Assembly: GCF_009914755.1 (NCBI RefSeq)
Contig: NC_060926.1
DNA length: 64,000 bases
Source of the DNA: the human T2T-CHM13v2.0 reference genome, Homo sapiens
Strand: one strand, 5' to 3'
The stretch's first letter is position 1. The number at the start of each line of letters is the position of its first letter. The translations under genes and the position numbers were made by a program. The notes beneath the pieces were generated by a model. It saw only the letters and a program-made list of their open reading frames with translations. It was not told where the DNA came from and made no database searches. Below are positions 28,177 through 40,296 of this stretch, piece by piece.

Positions 28177-28278
28177 ATTTTCAAAATGTCATACCTCGAA
28201 CCACCACCAGATGGCTATGAGAATGTTACAAATATTGTGCCACCATATAATGCTTTCTCAGCCCAAGGCATGCCAGAG
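28177..28278 (+). pseudogene. Isolated NAALAD2-like exon (equivalent of the 102-nt FOLH1/NAALAD2 exon 4)
   Basis: ttttaattcttgctag|ATT...GAG|gtaaaa; 34 open codons [34 protein letters not shown] versus recalled NAALAD2 [34 protein letters not shown]; neighbouring exons not seen in the window. Confidence 0.88.
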
Positions 28279-28565
28279 GTAAAATAAAATACATTTGTAA
28301 CCCAAGTCTTTAAATGGTTCTTTTGCTATATAAAACCTGTATAGAGGACTAAAACCAGGGAAATTAGGTGAATCATTCATGCGGATTCATTGTTTGATAT
28401 TCAGTACTATGAAAACCTCATCCTTCAAATTTAAAAAATTATAATAAAATAGAAAAGAACACCAGACAGAGAAAAAAGAAACAAAACAAATACATTAAAA
28501 ACTGACCCTGCTGAAGCAGATGCCACTCTTTGAAATAACAAAGAAACTGCTGAACACGCCTTTAA

Positions 28566-28934
<369 letters not shown>

Positions 28935-29432
28935 TAAAGGTTTGCAGAAAATGAATGGACAAAACATAAATTAATAGAAGAAAGAGGCAAAAAAAAAAAA
29001 TTCTGTAAAATGTAGGCGAAAAATCACAGGGTCTCAGTTACCCAGCATGAAGTGCAGTGGTGTGATCATGGCTCCTTGCAACCTTGAATTCTCAAGCACA
29101 AGTGATTCTGCCCCCTAAGCCTATGGAGTAGCTGGGATCACAGGGGCATGCCACCATGCCCACATACATGGGTATTTGCTGGAGAGGAGATGGAGACTCG
29201 CTGTCCTGGATGTGAGACAGGTGGCTGGCATCTGGGTAAGGATGACATTCCCTCATTGCTAAAGAGTAAAAGAGGAAAGTGTCATGGATAGTGCAAGCAG
29301 GGACATGCCCTGACCTAGTGAGGTCCAGAGGCTTATATTGTCCTTCATAGGGGAGTGGGAAGAAGCGAGTGTAGGCAACCCAGGGGAAATAAATGACCTA
29401 AAATAAAAGAAATAGATCATCAGAAGTGTAGA

Positions 29433-32400
29433 CGTATTAGTCAGGGTTCTCTAGAGTGACAGAATTAAAGGACTATATACATATATATATGAAGGGGAGT
29501 GAGATGGTTAATAATGACTGTCAACTTGATAGGATTGAGGGATATGAAGTATTGATCCAGGGTGTGTCTGTGAGAGTGTTGCCGAAAGAGATTAACATTT
29601 GAGTCAGTGGGCTGGGGAAGGCAGACCCACCCTTAATCTGGTGGGCACAATCTAATCTGCTGCCAGCAAATATAAAGCAGGCAGAAAAATTTGAAAAGGA
29701 GAGACTGGCCTAGCCTCCCAGCCTACATCTTTTTTCTCCCATGCTGGTTTCTTCCTGCCCTCAAACATTGGACTCCATGGCTCTCCTTTCTCATCAGTTT
29801 GCAGACAGCCCATTGTGTAACTTATGATCCTGTAAGTTAATAAACTCCCCTTTGTAAATAAATATATATATGTGTGTGTGTGTGTGTGCATATATATATG
29901 TGTGTGTGTATGTATATATATATGTATATATCCTGTTAGTTCTGTCCCTCTAGATGTCACTGGCTTATACAGGAAGTTTATTAAGTATTAACTCACACAA
30001 TCACCAAGTCTCACAATAGGCCATCTGCTGGATGAGGAGCAAAAAGAGCCAGCCAGAGTTCCAAAACTGAAGAACTTGGAGTCCATGTTCGAGGGCAAGA
30101 AGCATCCAGCATGGGAGAAAGATGTAGGCTGGGAGGCGAGGCCCGTCTCTTTTCACATTTTTCTGCCTGCTTATAGTATGGCTGGGTTGGCAGCTGATTG
30201 GATTGTGCCCACACAGATTAAGGGTGGGTCTGCCTTTCCCAGCCCACTGACTCACATGTTAATCTTTTTTTGGCAACACCCTCACAGACACACCCAGGAT
30301 GAATACTTTACATCCTTCAATCCAATCAAGTTGACACTCATTATTAACCATCACAAGCCCACCCCTTGTGAACTTGAACCCACACACATCTCCTGAGATC
30401 ATACATAATCTTAAAATACAGACAATAGTAAGGTCATAATTACCCCTAACATAATAAACTATCCTTCCTACAACTGGAAATGCACCCATCCCCAACCCAA
30501 ATACTCTTACATAAAGTAAACAATACTTAAATGCTGATATGAGGTCAGCAAATCTATGTCACCTGATAAAGAAAAGGGAAATGAAATGAAGATATTTTCT
30601 TAGTACAAGTGCATACATGCACAAACATGTTTTTAACAAAAGAAGAAGGAAATACTCATGATAGTTCCAGTCCTCATTTCTGCAGCTGGTCAGGTGGTCG
30701 TAGCTGGTATTGATAACTACTTTCTTCCACTATTTATTCTGTATTCCCTTTGCCTTCAGCAAGCACCTCAGCAGGTCGTGACCCGGAGAGGATCTGGACC
30801 ATTTGTAGTCCTACCTGGATTGGGTATAGTTTCCCATTTACCTTAATCAGAGTGCATGATAATACCAAGAGACGCCCTAATGGATCTCCTATATTCCACG
30901 CATACTCTTCCTCACTTCCGTTGTGGAGTAGCGGACTGACTTCATCTTGATAGTCTGGGTCAATCACTGCCGCCAACACTGTAACTCCATTCTTAGCTTG
31001 TTGACTTAAAGGTAGGAGGACCCCAAAGCGTCCAAGTGGCCATCTTAACTTCCAGTTTAATGGAATCGTTATTGTGTCTCCTGGTAGCAGCGTTCTTCCC
31101 TCTGGAGCTAAGATGACTAGTAAAGCAGAACCTAATGTCATGGGAACAGAAAGCAAACATTTTGCCAGTGCATCATAGTGAGTGGTTCCACTTTCACATC
31201 CACCCCTTGAATCCTGGATCTGTGAATCCTGGCTATGGGAGAAACAATACCATACATTGGGCGCTGATTCAGAGCACACATGGCCTTCTGGAGTATGGTG
31301 CCCCGGCCCGGCAAAGTATTGTAACCTAGTTGACGTTGTAATCGCGACCTCAAAAGGCCGTCCCACCATTCTATCAATCCAGCTGCTTCAGGAAGATGGG
31401 GAATATGGTAAGACCAGTGAATTCCGTGAGCATGAGCCCACTGCCTCACTTCTTTACCTGTAAAGTGAGTGCTTGGTCAGAGGTAATGCTGTGTGGAATA
31501 CCGTGATAGTGGATAAGGCATTCCTTGAGTCCATAAATGGTAGTCTTGGCAGAAGCATTGCATGCAGGTGGGCAAGCCCATATCCTGAGTAAGTGCCTGT
31601 TCCAATGAGGACAAACCTCTCTCCTTTCCATGGTGGAAGAGTTCCAATATAATCAACTTGCTACCGGGTAGCTGGTCGATCACCCCAGGAAATGATGCCA
31701 TACAAAGGGTTCACTGTTAGTCTCTGCTGCTGCTGCTGGCAAATTGGGCACTCAGCAGTGGCCACAGACAGTTCAGCCTTGGTGAGTGGAAGTCCACCTT
31801 GCTGAATCCATGCATAGCCTCCATCCCTGCCACCATGGCCACTATGTTCATGGGCTCATTGGACAATGACAGGGGTGTCTGAGGAAAGAGGCTGAGTGGT
31901 ATCCACAGAACGGGTCATCTTATCCACTTGATTATCAAAATCCTCCTCTGCTGAAGTCACTTGTTGGTCAACACTCACACAGGGTACAAATATCTTCAGT
32001 TTTTGACCACTCAGAGAGGTCCATCTACATACTCTTTCTCCAAGTTTCTTTGTCACCAATTTTCCAATCATGCTTCTTCCAAGTCCCTGACCATCCAGCC
32101 AAACCATTGGCTACAGCCCATGAATCAGTATATAACCGCACATCTGGAAATTTCTCCTTCCATGCAAAGTGCACAATCAGGTGCACTGCTCAATGTTCTG
32201 CCCACGGGGAAGATTGTCCTTCACCACTGTCCTTCAGGGATGTCCTAGAAAGGGGCTGTAGTGCTTCAGCTGTCCACTTTTGGGCGGTACCTGCCTATTG
32301 TGGAGAACCATCTGTGAACCGGGCCCTAGTCCTCCCTTCCTGTGTCAACTGCTCAAAGGCAAGTCCCCATGAGGTCATCAGTGCAGGCCGTGGGAGAGAA

Positions 32401-33998
32401 GGCAGGGTGGCAGGAGTAGAGACCATGGGCATTTGAGCCACTTCCTCATGTAACTTACTTGTGCCCCCCAGGACCTGCTTGAGCCCAATCACTTATACAC
32501 CATTTCCATTTGATGATGGAATGCTGCTGTGCATGACCCACTTTATGGCTACATGAGTCAGAAAGCACCCAGTTCGGGATAGGCAGTTCAGGTCGCATGG
32601 TGACTTGTTGACTCATAGTCAAATGTTCAGTTTCCACAAAAGCCCAGTATAGGACAAGAGCTGTCTCTCAAAAGGAGAGTAGTTAACTGGAGAAGATGAC
32701 CGGGCCTTGCTGCAAAATACTAGAGGCCTCCACCATGATTCACCTATGGAGGCCTGCCAAAGCCTCAAAGCAGCATTCCTATCTGCCATGGACACCTCAG
32801 GGGGACCCAGCCTCCCCTTCATTCAAGGGGTTCTGGGTCTGTAAACTGGCTCAAGGCTGGAAATTGATTGAGGGGCCATGAATCTCTGTTTTTATGATTC
32901 CAATCAGTCTTTTATCTGTTTGACCTTAAGTTTCCTCCTTACATAAATTAAGTAGGAATGCATTAGTCTTCCTGTCAGTTTCACTTCTAGGAACACTGTG
33001 ATTAGTTAGCCAATGCCAGAGCTCTACATGAGTCAGACTGTTCAGATTGCTGCTTTGTCTTTTCTGCCCATTACGGTAGCTACACCCACCGTGCCTTTGA
33101 GGGTTGAGTGCTACCACTTGGCCCCTGCCACTTCAGGATCCAATTATTCCAAATTGTATTTAACTTTTGTAACTGAGTGACTGCAGTTCTCACCATTAGA
33201 TCTGACATACAGAGAAGAGCCTTTACAGGGCTCTTCAAAGATGCAGGTGCTGTCCTCACAAATCTATTTTGCAAGGTGTTTGTCAAGGGTATTAGGTACA
33301 GAGTCACTAAACTCCTTGCCTCTCACGAGCGATGATTCATTAGTGTCAAATGAATTTGTTTTGCATAGCTCTTTAAACCTTTCATGCCAAGAACTGTCAA
33401 TATTCTCTACACTATTAAAAGTAGAGTCCTTAGCATTTTGGGATCTAATCATATTTAGCAGCCAAATCCAGAAACCCCAAAACCAACAAAAGAACTCCAA
33501 CCTTAATATTCTGTTCCTGCAGAACCATTCCTGGTACCAAAATCTGTATTAGTGAGGGTTCTCTAGAGGGACAGAACTAATAAGTTCAATATATATATAT
33601 ATATACATATATATAGGTTTATTACATATTAACTTACAGGATCACAAGTCCCACAGTAGGCTGTCTGCAGGCATGAGGAGTGAGGAGTAAGGAGAGCCAG
33701 CTCGAGTCTCAAAACTAAAGAACGTGGAGTCCGATGTTCAAGGGTAGGAAGCATCCAGCACGGGAGAGAGATGTAGGCTGGGAGGCTGGGCCAGACTCAC
33801 TTTTTCACTTTTTTCTGCCTGCTTTATATTCACTGGCAGCTGATTAAATGGTGCCCATAGATTAAGTAGGGGGTCTGCCTTCCCCAGACTACTGACTCAA
33901 ATATTAATCTCCTTTGGCAACACCCTCACAGACACACCCAGGAGCAATGCTTACATCCTTCAATGTAACCAAGTTGACAATCAGTATTAACTATCACA
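29433..33998 (-). mobile_element. HERV-L provirus, internally deleted, with MLT2A LTRs
   Basis: 5' LTR 33545-33998; PBS tggtaccaggaatgg (33539-33525); gag N-terminus (ORF 33264-33500); RNase H RARFTDGS; integrase HWSYHIPHLPEAAGLIE; dUTPase LLPGDT...VIDPDYQ (ORF 30734-31369); PPT aaggggtgggct (30367-30356); 3' LTR 29433-29499 plus 29977-30355. Confidence 0.92.
29500..29971 (+). mobile_element. MLT2A solo LTR nested, inverted, in the HERV-L 3' LTR
   Basis: tgagatggttaata...ttataca, flanked by a 5-bp TSD gggag (29495-29499) / ggaag (29972-29976). Confidence 0.88.
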
Positions 33999-34948
33999 GG
34001 ATTACAGACCTGAGCCATCACACACAGTGTTATTGTATATTTCATACAATTTCCTGATTTTCCCATTTTATCTGTGACTTAATAAAGTTTTCCAGCTATG
34101 ACCCCAAACTGGTAATACTTGAAAGCACATTCAAATGTATTTTGCAACAATTCGTAACTGGCAAAATGTTGAGCCTTGTGGAAAGAGTCACCTTACTTCC
34201 CCGTCAGCTGTCAATTCCCCATCATTACTATCGCTTCTGGGAGCACATTGTCCAAAACTCCTTTTCTCTCTATGGTTTCTTTAGGGTTGCTCCATGAGGT
34301 TACAATAAGTTACAACTAATTACTGTCATGAGATTGGGAAGTCAGAGTGGTGGATTCATGTACACTGACACCTGAAGTAAAACACATGCAGTTAGGTGTG
34401 GACTGGAGAATCACCTGGAGATGTGCTGCAGGCAGCTGAGAGCATCAGCACCCCCAGCCCTGGGCTTCCCAGACAGGACTGAGGATCATCACACGGTGTT
34501 CAGCACATACCGCCAGGGGCAGGTGCATCCTGGCTTCTGAAGTAGCACCTGAGAATCCCCTGTGTCTAGTACCTGCTTCATGAATAACACTCCATAGGCT
34601 TCGGAAAGACTGTGGCTTAGACTCTAATTTATTCAACTTGAATAATTTCTCCTTGAAATACTGAGAATAGCTTCTCTTTTGCTGTACAAATTCCGATTAT
34701 CCCATAACACAGACTCCTCAGCTGGACTTATCTCTCTTCTTTATTCAGTCAGGACAGGCATTGTCACGTCTTTTCTGCTGGGGATGAGGGCGAAAGAGGC
34801 TTAGGGTTCAGAGGAACCTCCCTGGCCTCCTCTAGGAAAATCTCCCGATGACTTTCCAAACCTGACTGAGTTTGAGAACTTCCCTCAGCAGATAGAGGCA
34901 CCAGAAGGAGCACTGGGGCAGCCCAGCCTCACACATCTGCTTCCTTGG

Positions 34949-34976
34949 GGTTTATGTTATGACTTGTAACACTGTG
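34949..34976 (-). promoter_or_regulatory. 12-RSS of the IGKV1 orphon
   Basis: CACAGTG (34976-34970), 12-nt spacer ttacaagtcata, nonamer ACATAAACC (34957-34949). Confidence 0.95.
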
Positions 34977-35462
34977 GGAGGGGTACTGTCACTCTGTTGA
35001 CAGTAATAAGCTGCAAAATCTTCAGGCTGCAGGCTGCTGATGGTGAGAGTGTAATCTGTCCCAGATCCACTGTCACTGAACCGAGAGGGAATCCCACTTT
35101 GCAGACTGGATGCAGCATAGATCAGGAGCTTAGGAGTTTTCCCTGGTTTCTGCTGATACCAATTTAAATTATTGCTAATGCCCTGACTCGCCCGGCAAGT
35201 GATGGTGACTCTGCCTCCTACAGATGCAGACAGGGAGGATGGAGACTGGGTCATCTGGATGTCACATCTGGCACCTGAAGTTAGAAACATAAAAACAAAT
35301 ATTCTTGCAATTAATCATGTTATCAGAGGACTTCCCTGAAGTTCCTGACAGTACTGAGCACACTGACCGAGTATAATCCTAGTGTTCTCCTTCCTTACCT
35401 GGCAGCCAGAGCCCCAGGAGCCCCAGGAGCCCCAGGAGCTGAGTGGGGGCCCTCACGTCCTT
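34977..35462 (-). pseudogene. IGKV1 orphon pseudogene (IGKV1OR / Z-family-like; exact locus not assignable)
   Basis: Leader exon 35462-35399 with both ATGs lost (AAG GAC GTG) and a 9-nt CTCCTGGGG expansion; 124-nt GT-AG intron; open V exon 35274-34977 [41 protein letters not shown]...[10 protein letters not shown]; embedded among non-IGK segments. Confidence 0.95.
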
Positions 35463-35499
35463 GCTGTGTCCTGACTGGGGCTGACTCCTGCACCGGGTG

Positions 35500-35590
35500 T
35501 GACCAGCCTATAAGAAGTCTTCAGGGCAGGGGGCTGTGCTCTAGGAACAGGCAAATCAGCAGGGGATGGGGCAGGCTGAGCACAGCTGCA
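35500..35590 (-). promoter_or_regulatory. V-kappa promoter remnant
   Basis: Pentadecamer TGCAGCTGTGCTCAG (35590-35576); octamer mutated to ATTTGCCT (35556-35549); TATA-like cttatagg at ~35514-35507. Confidence 0.85.
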
Positions 35591-36562
35591 GGGCTGGCTC
35601 GTCTCAGTAACTCAGCACACGGGCGCAGTATCCCCAGAGTCCCAGGTCAGACCAGGGCAGCACAGATTTACCTTGAAAGAGTACACTTCTCATTGGTGGC
35701 CATACGGTTACAGAGCATATGTTTGGAGTGAATTTTCAAAATTTTAAATCAACCTAAGACTAGATTAAATAATATATTTATACTTGTATTAGGAGTGTAT
35801 AGGAAAGCATCATTTTTGGCAGAAAATTTACAATAAAGTTATAGAGTGTGGGGCTGTCAGAAATTTCAGTTAGTCTCAAAGGAATTCGATGAGTGTAAAA
35901 GTATTTAGTGCTATAATAACAATGTCTCTGTCAGTGTGAAATTGCTTCTTTTTTGAAATGAATATAAAAAGAATTTATCAGAAGCATCTTTAATAAATTC
36001 AATAGAATTTACTAACAAACTTAAGACATTGTTCCTAGGAGTAAAAGGAAAAACAATTCTCTGAAGATGCACAAAGATGATGACTGTGTCACGCATATAT
36101 CTGCCATTATCCAGAGCTATGGGTCTCTTTAAGACCCAGGGGCTAAATGGGCTGCACCTTATTCTTGGCGTGATGATCCCCATATTCTATTCCCTTTCCT
36201 GCCTTTGGTATAATTTCTTATGGTTCTCCAGCATGGAGAGCTGACTAGTAATACCAGGTCTCATTATTTCAAAATCTCTGTTTCACTCGCGGACTATAGG
36301 AGCCTGGATTAAAATCAACTTGAAGCCCTCTATCAATCTAGGCTCAAATAGTCAATTGTTTCAAAGTAGGATGACAAAGGCCACATCCCCTGAGTAATGC
36401 TCTGAGCTGCGCTCCCCACCAGCCTGTTCCTGGGGTCTCAGGAGCATCTGCCCTAGAGTCTGGCTTTCTGGAGAGCAGGTGAGGGGGGAAAAGCCAGGTC
36501 AGTGAACCTCTCTCCTTAGCGAGGGCAGCTGCTGCCCAATGCATGTTCTTGCCATGCACCAG

Positions 36563-36869
36563 GGCATCATCCTGACCCAGATGCCAGCCACCCTGTCTCA
36601 CATCCATTTAGAGAGAATCTCCATCTTCTGCCAAGACACTGCCCATGTAGATGAAAAAGTATTTTGCCTCCAAACATATCTTAAGCACTGATTTGCACCT
36701 CAATACTTCACACAGATGCCTTTGCCCAGGGCGTGTCGGCCTGGCTCAACAGCAGGGGAAGTGGAGCCAATTACATCAGTGTCAGTGGACTGAGAAATAC
36801 GCCAGGGAGTAGTTCTCATGCATGACTACCAGTGGCCAGACCAAGGTAGTGCAGCCTGTGCACAAACCT
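36563..36869 (+). pseudogene. Ancient, highly decayed V-kappa relic exon with degenerate RSS
   Basis: GIILTQMPATLSHIHLERISIFC (Cys at residue 23); TGC at the Trp35 position; stop at 36689-36691; after a 1-nt deletion, GVSAWLNSRGSGANY aligns to FR3 GVPARFSGSGSGTDY; RSS-like caaggta-gtgcagcctgt-gcacaaacc. Confidence 0.75.
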
Positions 36870-37769
36870 GCTGCTGCTTTTCCAGAGGACTGGATTTCTG
36901 GGAAATGGCTACTGAACAGGCTGCCAGGATCCATATATCCAGATTCAGAGAGATACATCTCTGGATTCAAATGCGCTTTTTCTTTGTGCATAATTTTAGC
37001 AGTCATTGTTACTGCGCCTTGGGGATTCTAGTCATTATACTTCAGCTGACTCTCTATGGCCCTTTCTCCCCTTCACTGCTCTGTCTGAACCTGGGGAAGC
37101 AGCTCAGGCTGCAAATGAGGCAGACCTCACGGCCTGGAATTAGCATCCCCTAGGACGGCTGCCAATCAGTGATGACAAGGGAGGTGTACACATCCCGCAG
37201 CTCCCTCACCTCTCATGTGGAATAACAGAGGCATTTTTCCTGTGTTTCTATGTGGGCTTGAGCTCTCGTCATCCTCAGAGGTGGCTCCTTCTGAGGCACC
37301 TTTCACTTTCCCTTTCCCTCCTCCCCTCCCTTGCTCACTTGCTTGTTTCCCGAACTTTGTAAATATACTGCCCGCATGCGAATCTTTGGCATCCTTCTCA
37401 CTGAGGGGACCCAACCTAATGCATTGGAAAAATCCTCATTCTTGGAGGGCATCGTTGGTTTGAATTATTGCCACTTCTCATGTTTTAATGCATAGGGAAA
37501 TTCCAAAAATTTAGGAAATCTTTAAATTCCCTTTGCCAATCTTTCTTAGATTTGATTTTAGCAGAGATTCATTTTCTCTAGGTCACAAAATCACAGAAGC
37601 CTTCCACAAATGGCTACACAACATAGAGTCCACATAGAGCAGAGACTCAGAATCTCCCAGGATTTGACATCCACACATCAGACAGTCCTAGAGTCTCAGG
37701 TTTTTTCTAGGTCGATCGCCTCGTAAATCTGCCTTGTGATATTTTTATTCTATCTTAGGGGAAGACCAT

Positions 37770-38250
37770 TGTGTGGATGACGAGGGTTGTTTGTGGAATG
37801 AATAATACACCCACTAAAGACATCATTGTCGTAATATTTGGAATCTATGATCATTACTTATGAATATGTCAAAAATAACTTGGCAGACATGGTTGAGAAT
37901 TTTGGGGTCAGGAGAGTATCCTGAATTATCTGGGTGAGACCATCATAATCACAAGGGTCCTTATAATAGGGAAGGAGGAAGGTAACAGCCAGAGGGGACC
38001 TGGGACAATGGACAGGGAAACTGGAGTGATGGAGGAAGGGGCCATGCTGCTAGGAATGTGGGAACATCAGAAAGATGGAATGCTCGATATTGGATTCTCT
38101 CTCGAAGCCTAGAATGAATAGAGCCCTATTACTCCTTGATTTTACTTCATTGAGACTTCTGACCTCCAGAAATGTAAGATAATACACTTGTGTTATGTGG
38201 AGCAGTAAGGTTGTGGTAATTTGTTACAGCAGCAACAGGAAACCAATGCA
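37770..38250 (+). mobile_element. MLT1-family MaLR LTR
   Basis: cttggcagacatggtt...atcctgaattatctgggtgag...ttgtggtaatttgttacagcagcaacaggaaaccaatgca. Confidence 0.8.
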
Positions 38251-38551
38251 AGGGGAAGGGGTGTGTTTTACTTCCCTAGTGTATCACTGTCCTCTGTTCT
38301 CCCAAATAGTTCTGTGTTGTTGTGTTTGCTGTCAATTTCAACAAGAGACAGAAAACATTTTTCTATGAGGAGAGCTAGCACCACAATTCTTCTTACGTAG
38401 AAAGTGTCTTGAGTAATTCTCTGGGTTAGGTCTTGTACAATCTTGGTATCTGAGAGCCTGGAGGTCATCCCTCACAGCACATGAGAAGAGGAAGGGGATG
38501 CGGGTTTGCTGTTTTAACATTTGTAGGGCAAATTAGATGTACAAGACCCAT

Positions 38552-38903
38552 TCTTTTTATTATTATTATTGTTCTTTAAGTTCTAGGGTACATGTGCACA
38601 ACGTGCAGGTTTGTTACATATGTATACATGTGCCATGTTGGTGTGCTGCACCCATTAACTCGTCATTTACATTAGGTGTACCTCCTAATGCTATCCCTCA
38701 CCGCTCCCCCCACCCCACGACAGGCCCTGGTGTGTGATGTTCCCCTTCCTGTGTCCATGTGTTCTCATTGTTCAATTCCCACCTGTGAGTGAGAACATGC
38801 AGTGATTGGTTTCTTTGTCCTTGTGATAGTTTGCTGAGAATGATGGTTTCCAGCTTCATCCATGTCCCTACAAAGGACATGAACTCATCCTTTTTTATGG
38901 CTG
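38552..38903 (-). mobile_element. 5'-truncated L1PA 3' end
   Basis: ttctagggtacatgtgcacaacgtgcagg...catgtccctacaaaggacatgaactcatcc. Confidence 0.92.
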
Positions 38904-39694
38904 CAAGCGAGGACTGAGTCAGAGAGATGGGGATGGCAGAGGAGACAAAATGTGGTCAGGGCCGTATAAGATGTGACCCTGCTGCCATATCTGAAAGAAA
39001 GGCTGTTGGTGTTTGTAAAGGCTTTGGGCAAATTGTGCTTTGTAGACAAAACTGTAGAAGGGTCTGGGTTTAAGCTTAGTGTCAGCGTGATGAGGACTAG
39101 AGGTCGCAGTGAGCTTGTGTTAAGAAATCCACCCTGCACTTCTGGCTTTGTCTCTTTCCTGGTTTTATAGGTGGTGGGTTCCTCTATGGAATGAACGTGG
39201 CTCTGTGGAAGGAACATAGTTAAGGTCAGACAGACCTAGATTCCAAGTTCAGCTTCAACAACTGCTGACCACGTGACTTTTATGCAAATCAGCCATGTGC
39301 TGTCATGAACAGTTTCCTCATGTGTGAAATGGGGCACTGAGGATGTGAAGGGCTGTCCTGAGGGTTCCGCCAGCTGATGCACCATGAAGTGTACATACAT
39401 GTATAGACAGACACACACACATACATGAGAAGAGTATCTAGTGCCCCTTTTATGCATTCTTGAGTAACTCAGAATGTTATGTGAGATACTAACAGTCATA
39501 TGTCATTTTCAACTAAAATTATCAATATTTATCTTATAACTAACAGATGCTTCTCTGTACACTGTAGGTTTCATGTACATTTCTTCAATCACAAAATTTT
39601 TCACCAATCTATTTACGTCTAGTATCAGAAAGTTAAGCAAGGAGATTGCAAACCAACACAACACCTTTAGTCTGGATTTTCCCGGAGCCCCGTT

Positions 39695-40160
39695 TGTGTT
39701 AGTGTCCTCGGGCTACTGTGACAAGTTCTCAAAAATGTGGTAGCTTCAAACAACAGGAATGGAATCTCTCATAGTTCAGAAGTCCAGATCAGTTTCACTG
39801 GGCTAAGATCTTGGAGTCATCAGTTCTGGCTCCTTCTGAAGCTCTAGGGAGCAGTCTGATTTAGCTCTTCCAGCTTCTGGTGGCTTCTCTCTCCCGGGAT
39901 GTGGACACATCACTGCAATCTCTGTCTCTGTGTTCACACTACCTTCTCCACTTCAGTCTATGCTAAATGTCTCTCTACCTCTTGTTTTTTTTTAGGACAC
40001 TTGAGTTTGCATTTAAGTCCCAGTTGATTAATCTAAGACCATCTCCCTGTTTCAGGCTCCTTAATTTACACCTGCAAAAGCTGTTTTCCCAAATGAGATA
40101 CATGCATAGTCTTCTTGGAATGAAACCTCACTATTTGGGGATGATACTCAGTACTACACC
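39695..40160 (-). mobile_element. MLT1-family MaLR LTR
   Basis: tgtgttagtgtcctcgggct...ctctcatagttcagaag...tcagtactacacc. Confidence 0.7.
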
Positions 40161-40296
40161 ATTACATAACCAGGTCTCAGTGTTAGTCCTGTACATACAT
40201 CACAATCTCTCTCTCTCTCTCTCTCTCTCTCCACACACCCTGGCTTCCTCCTTTTCTCAATGTCATCAATCTCTTCAATTCCTTAAGTGTATCCAG

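Noticed and set aside
36100-36560. Leader exon or promoter for the V-kappa relic (donor cag|gtgagg at ~36479)
   Set aside because: No convincing ATG-hydrophobic leader or octamer could be assigned.
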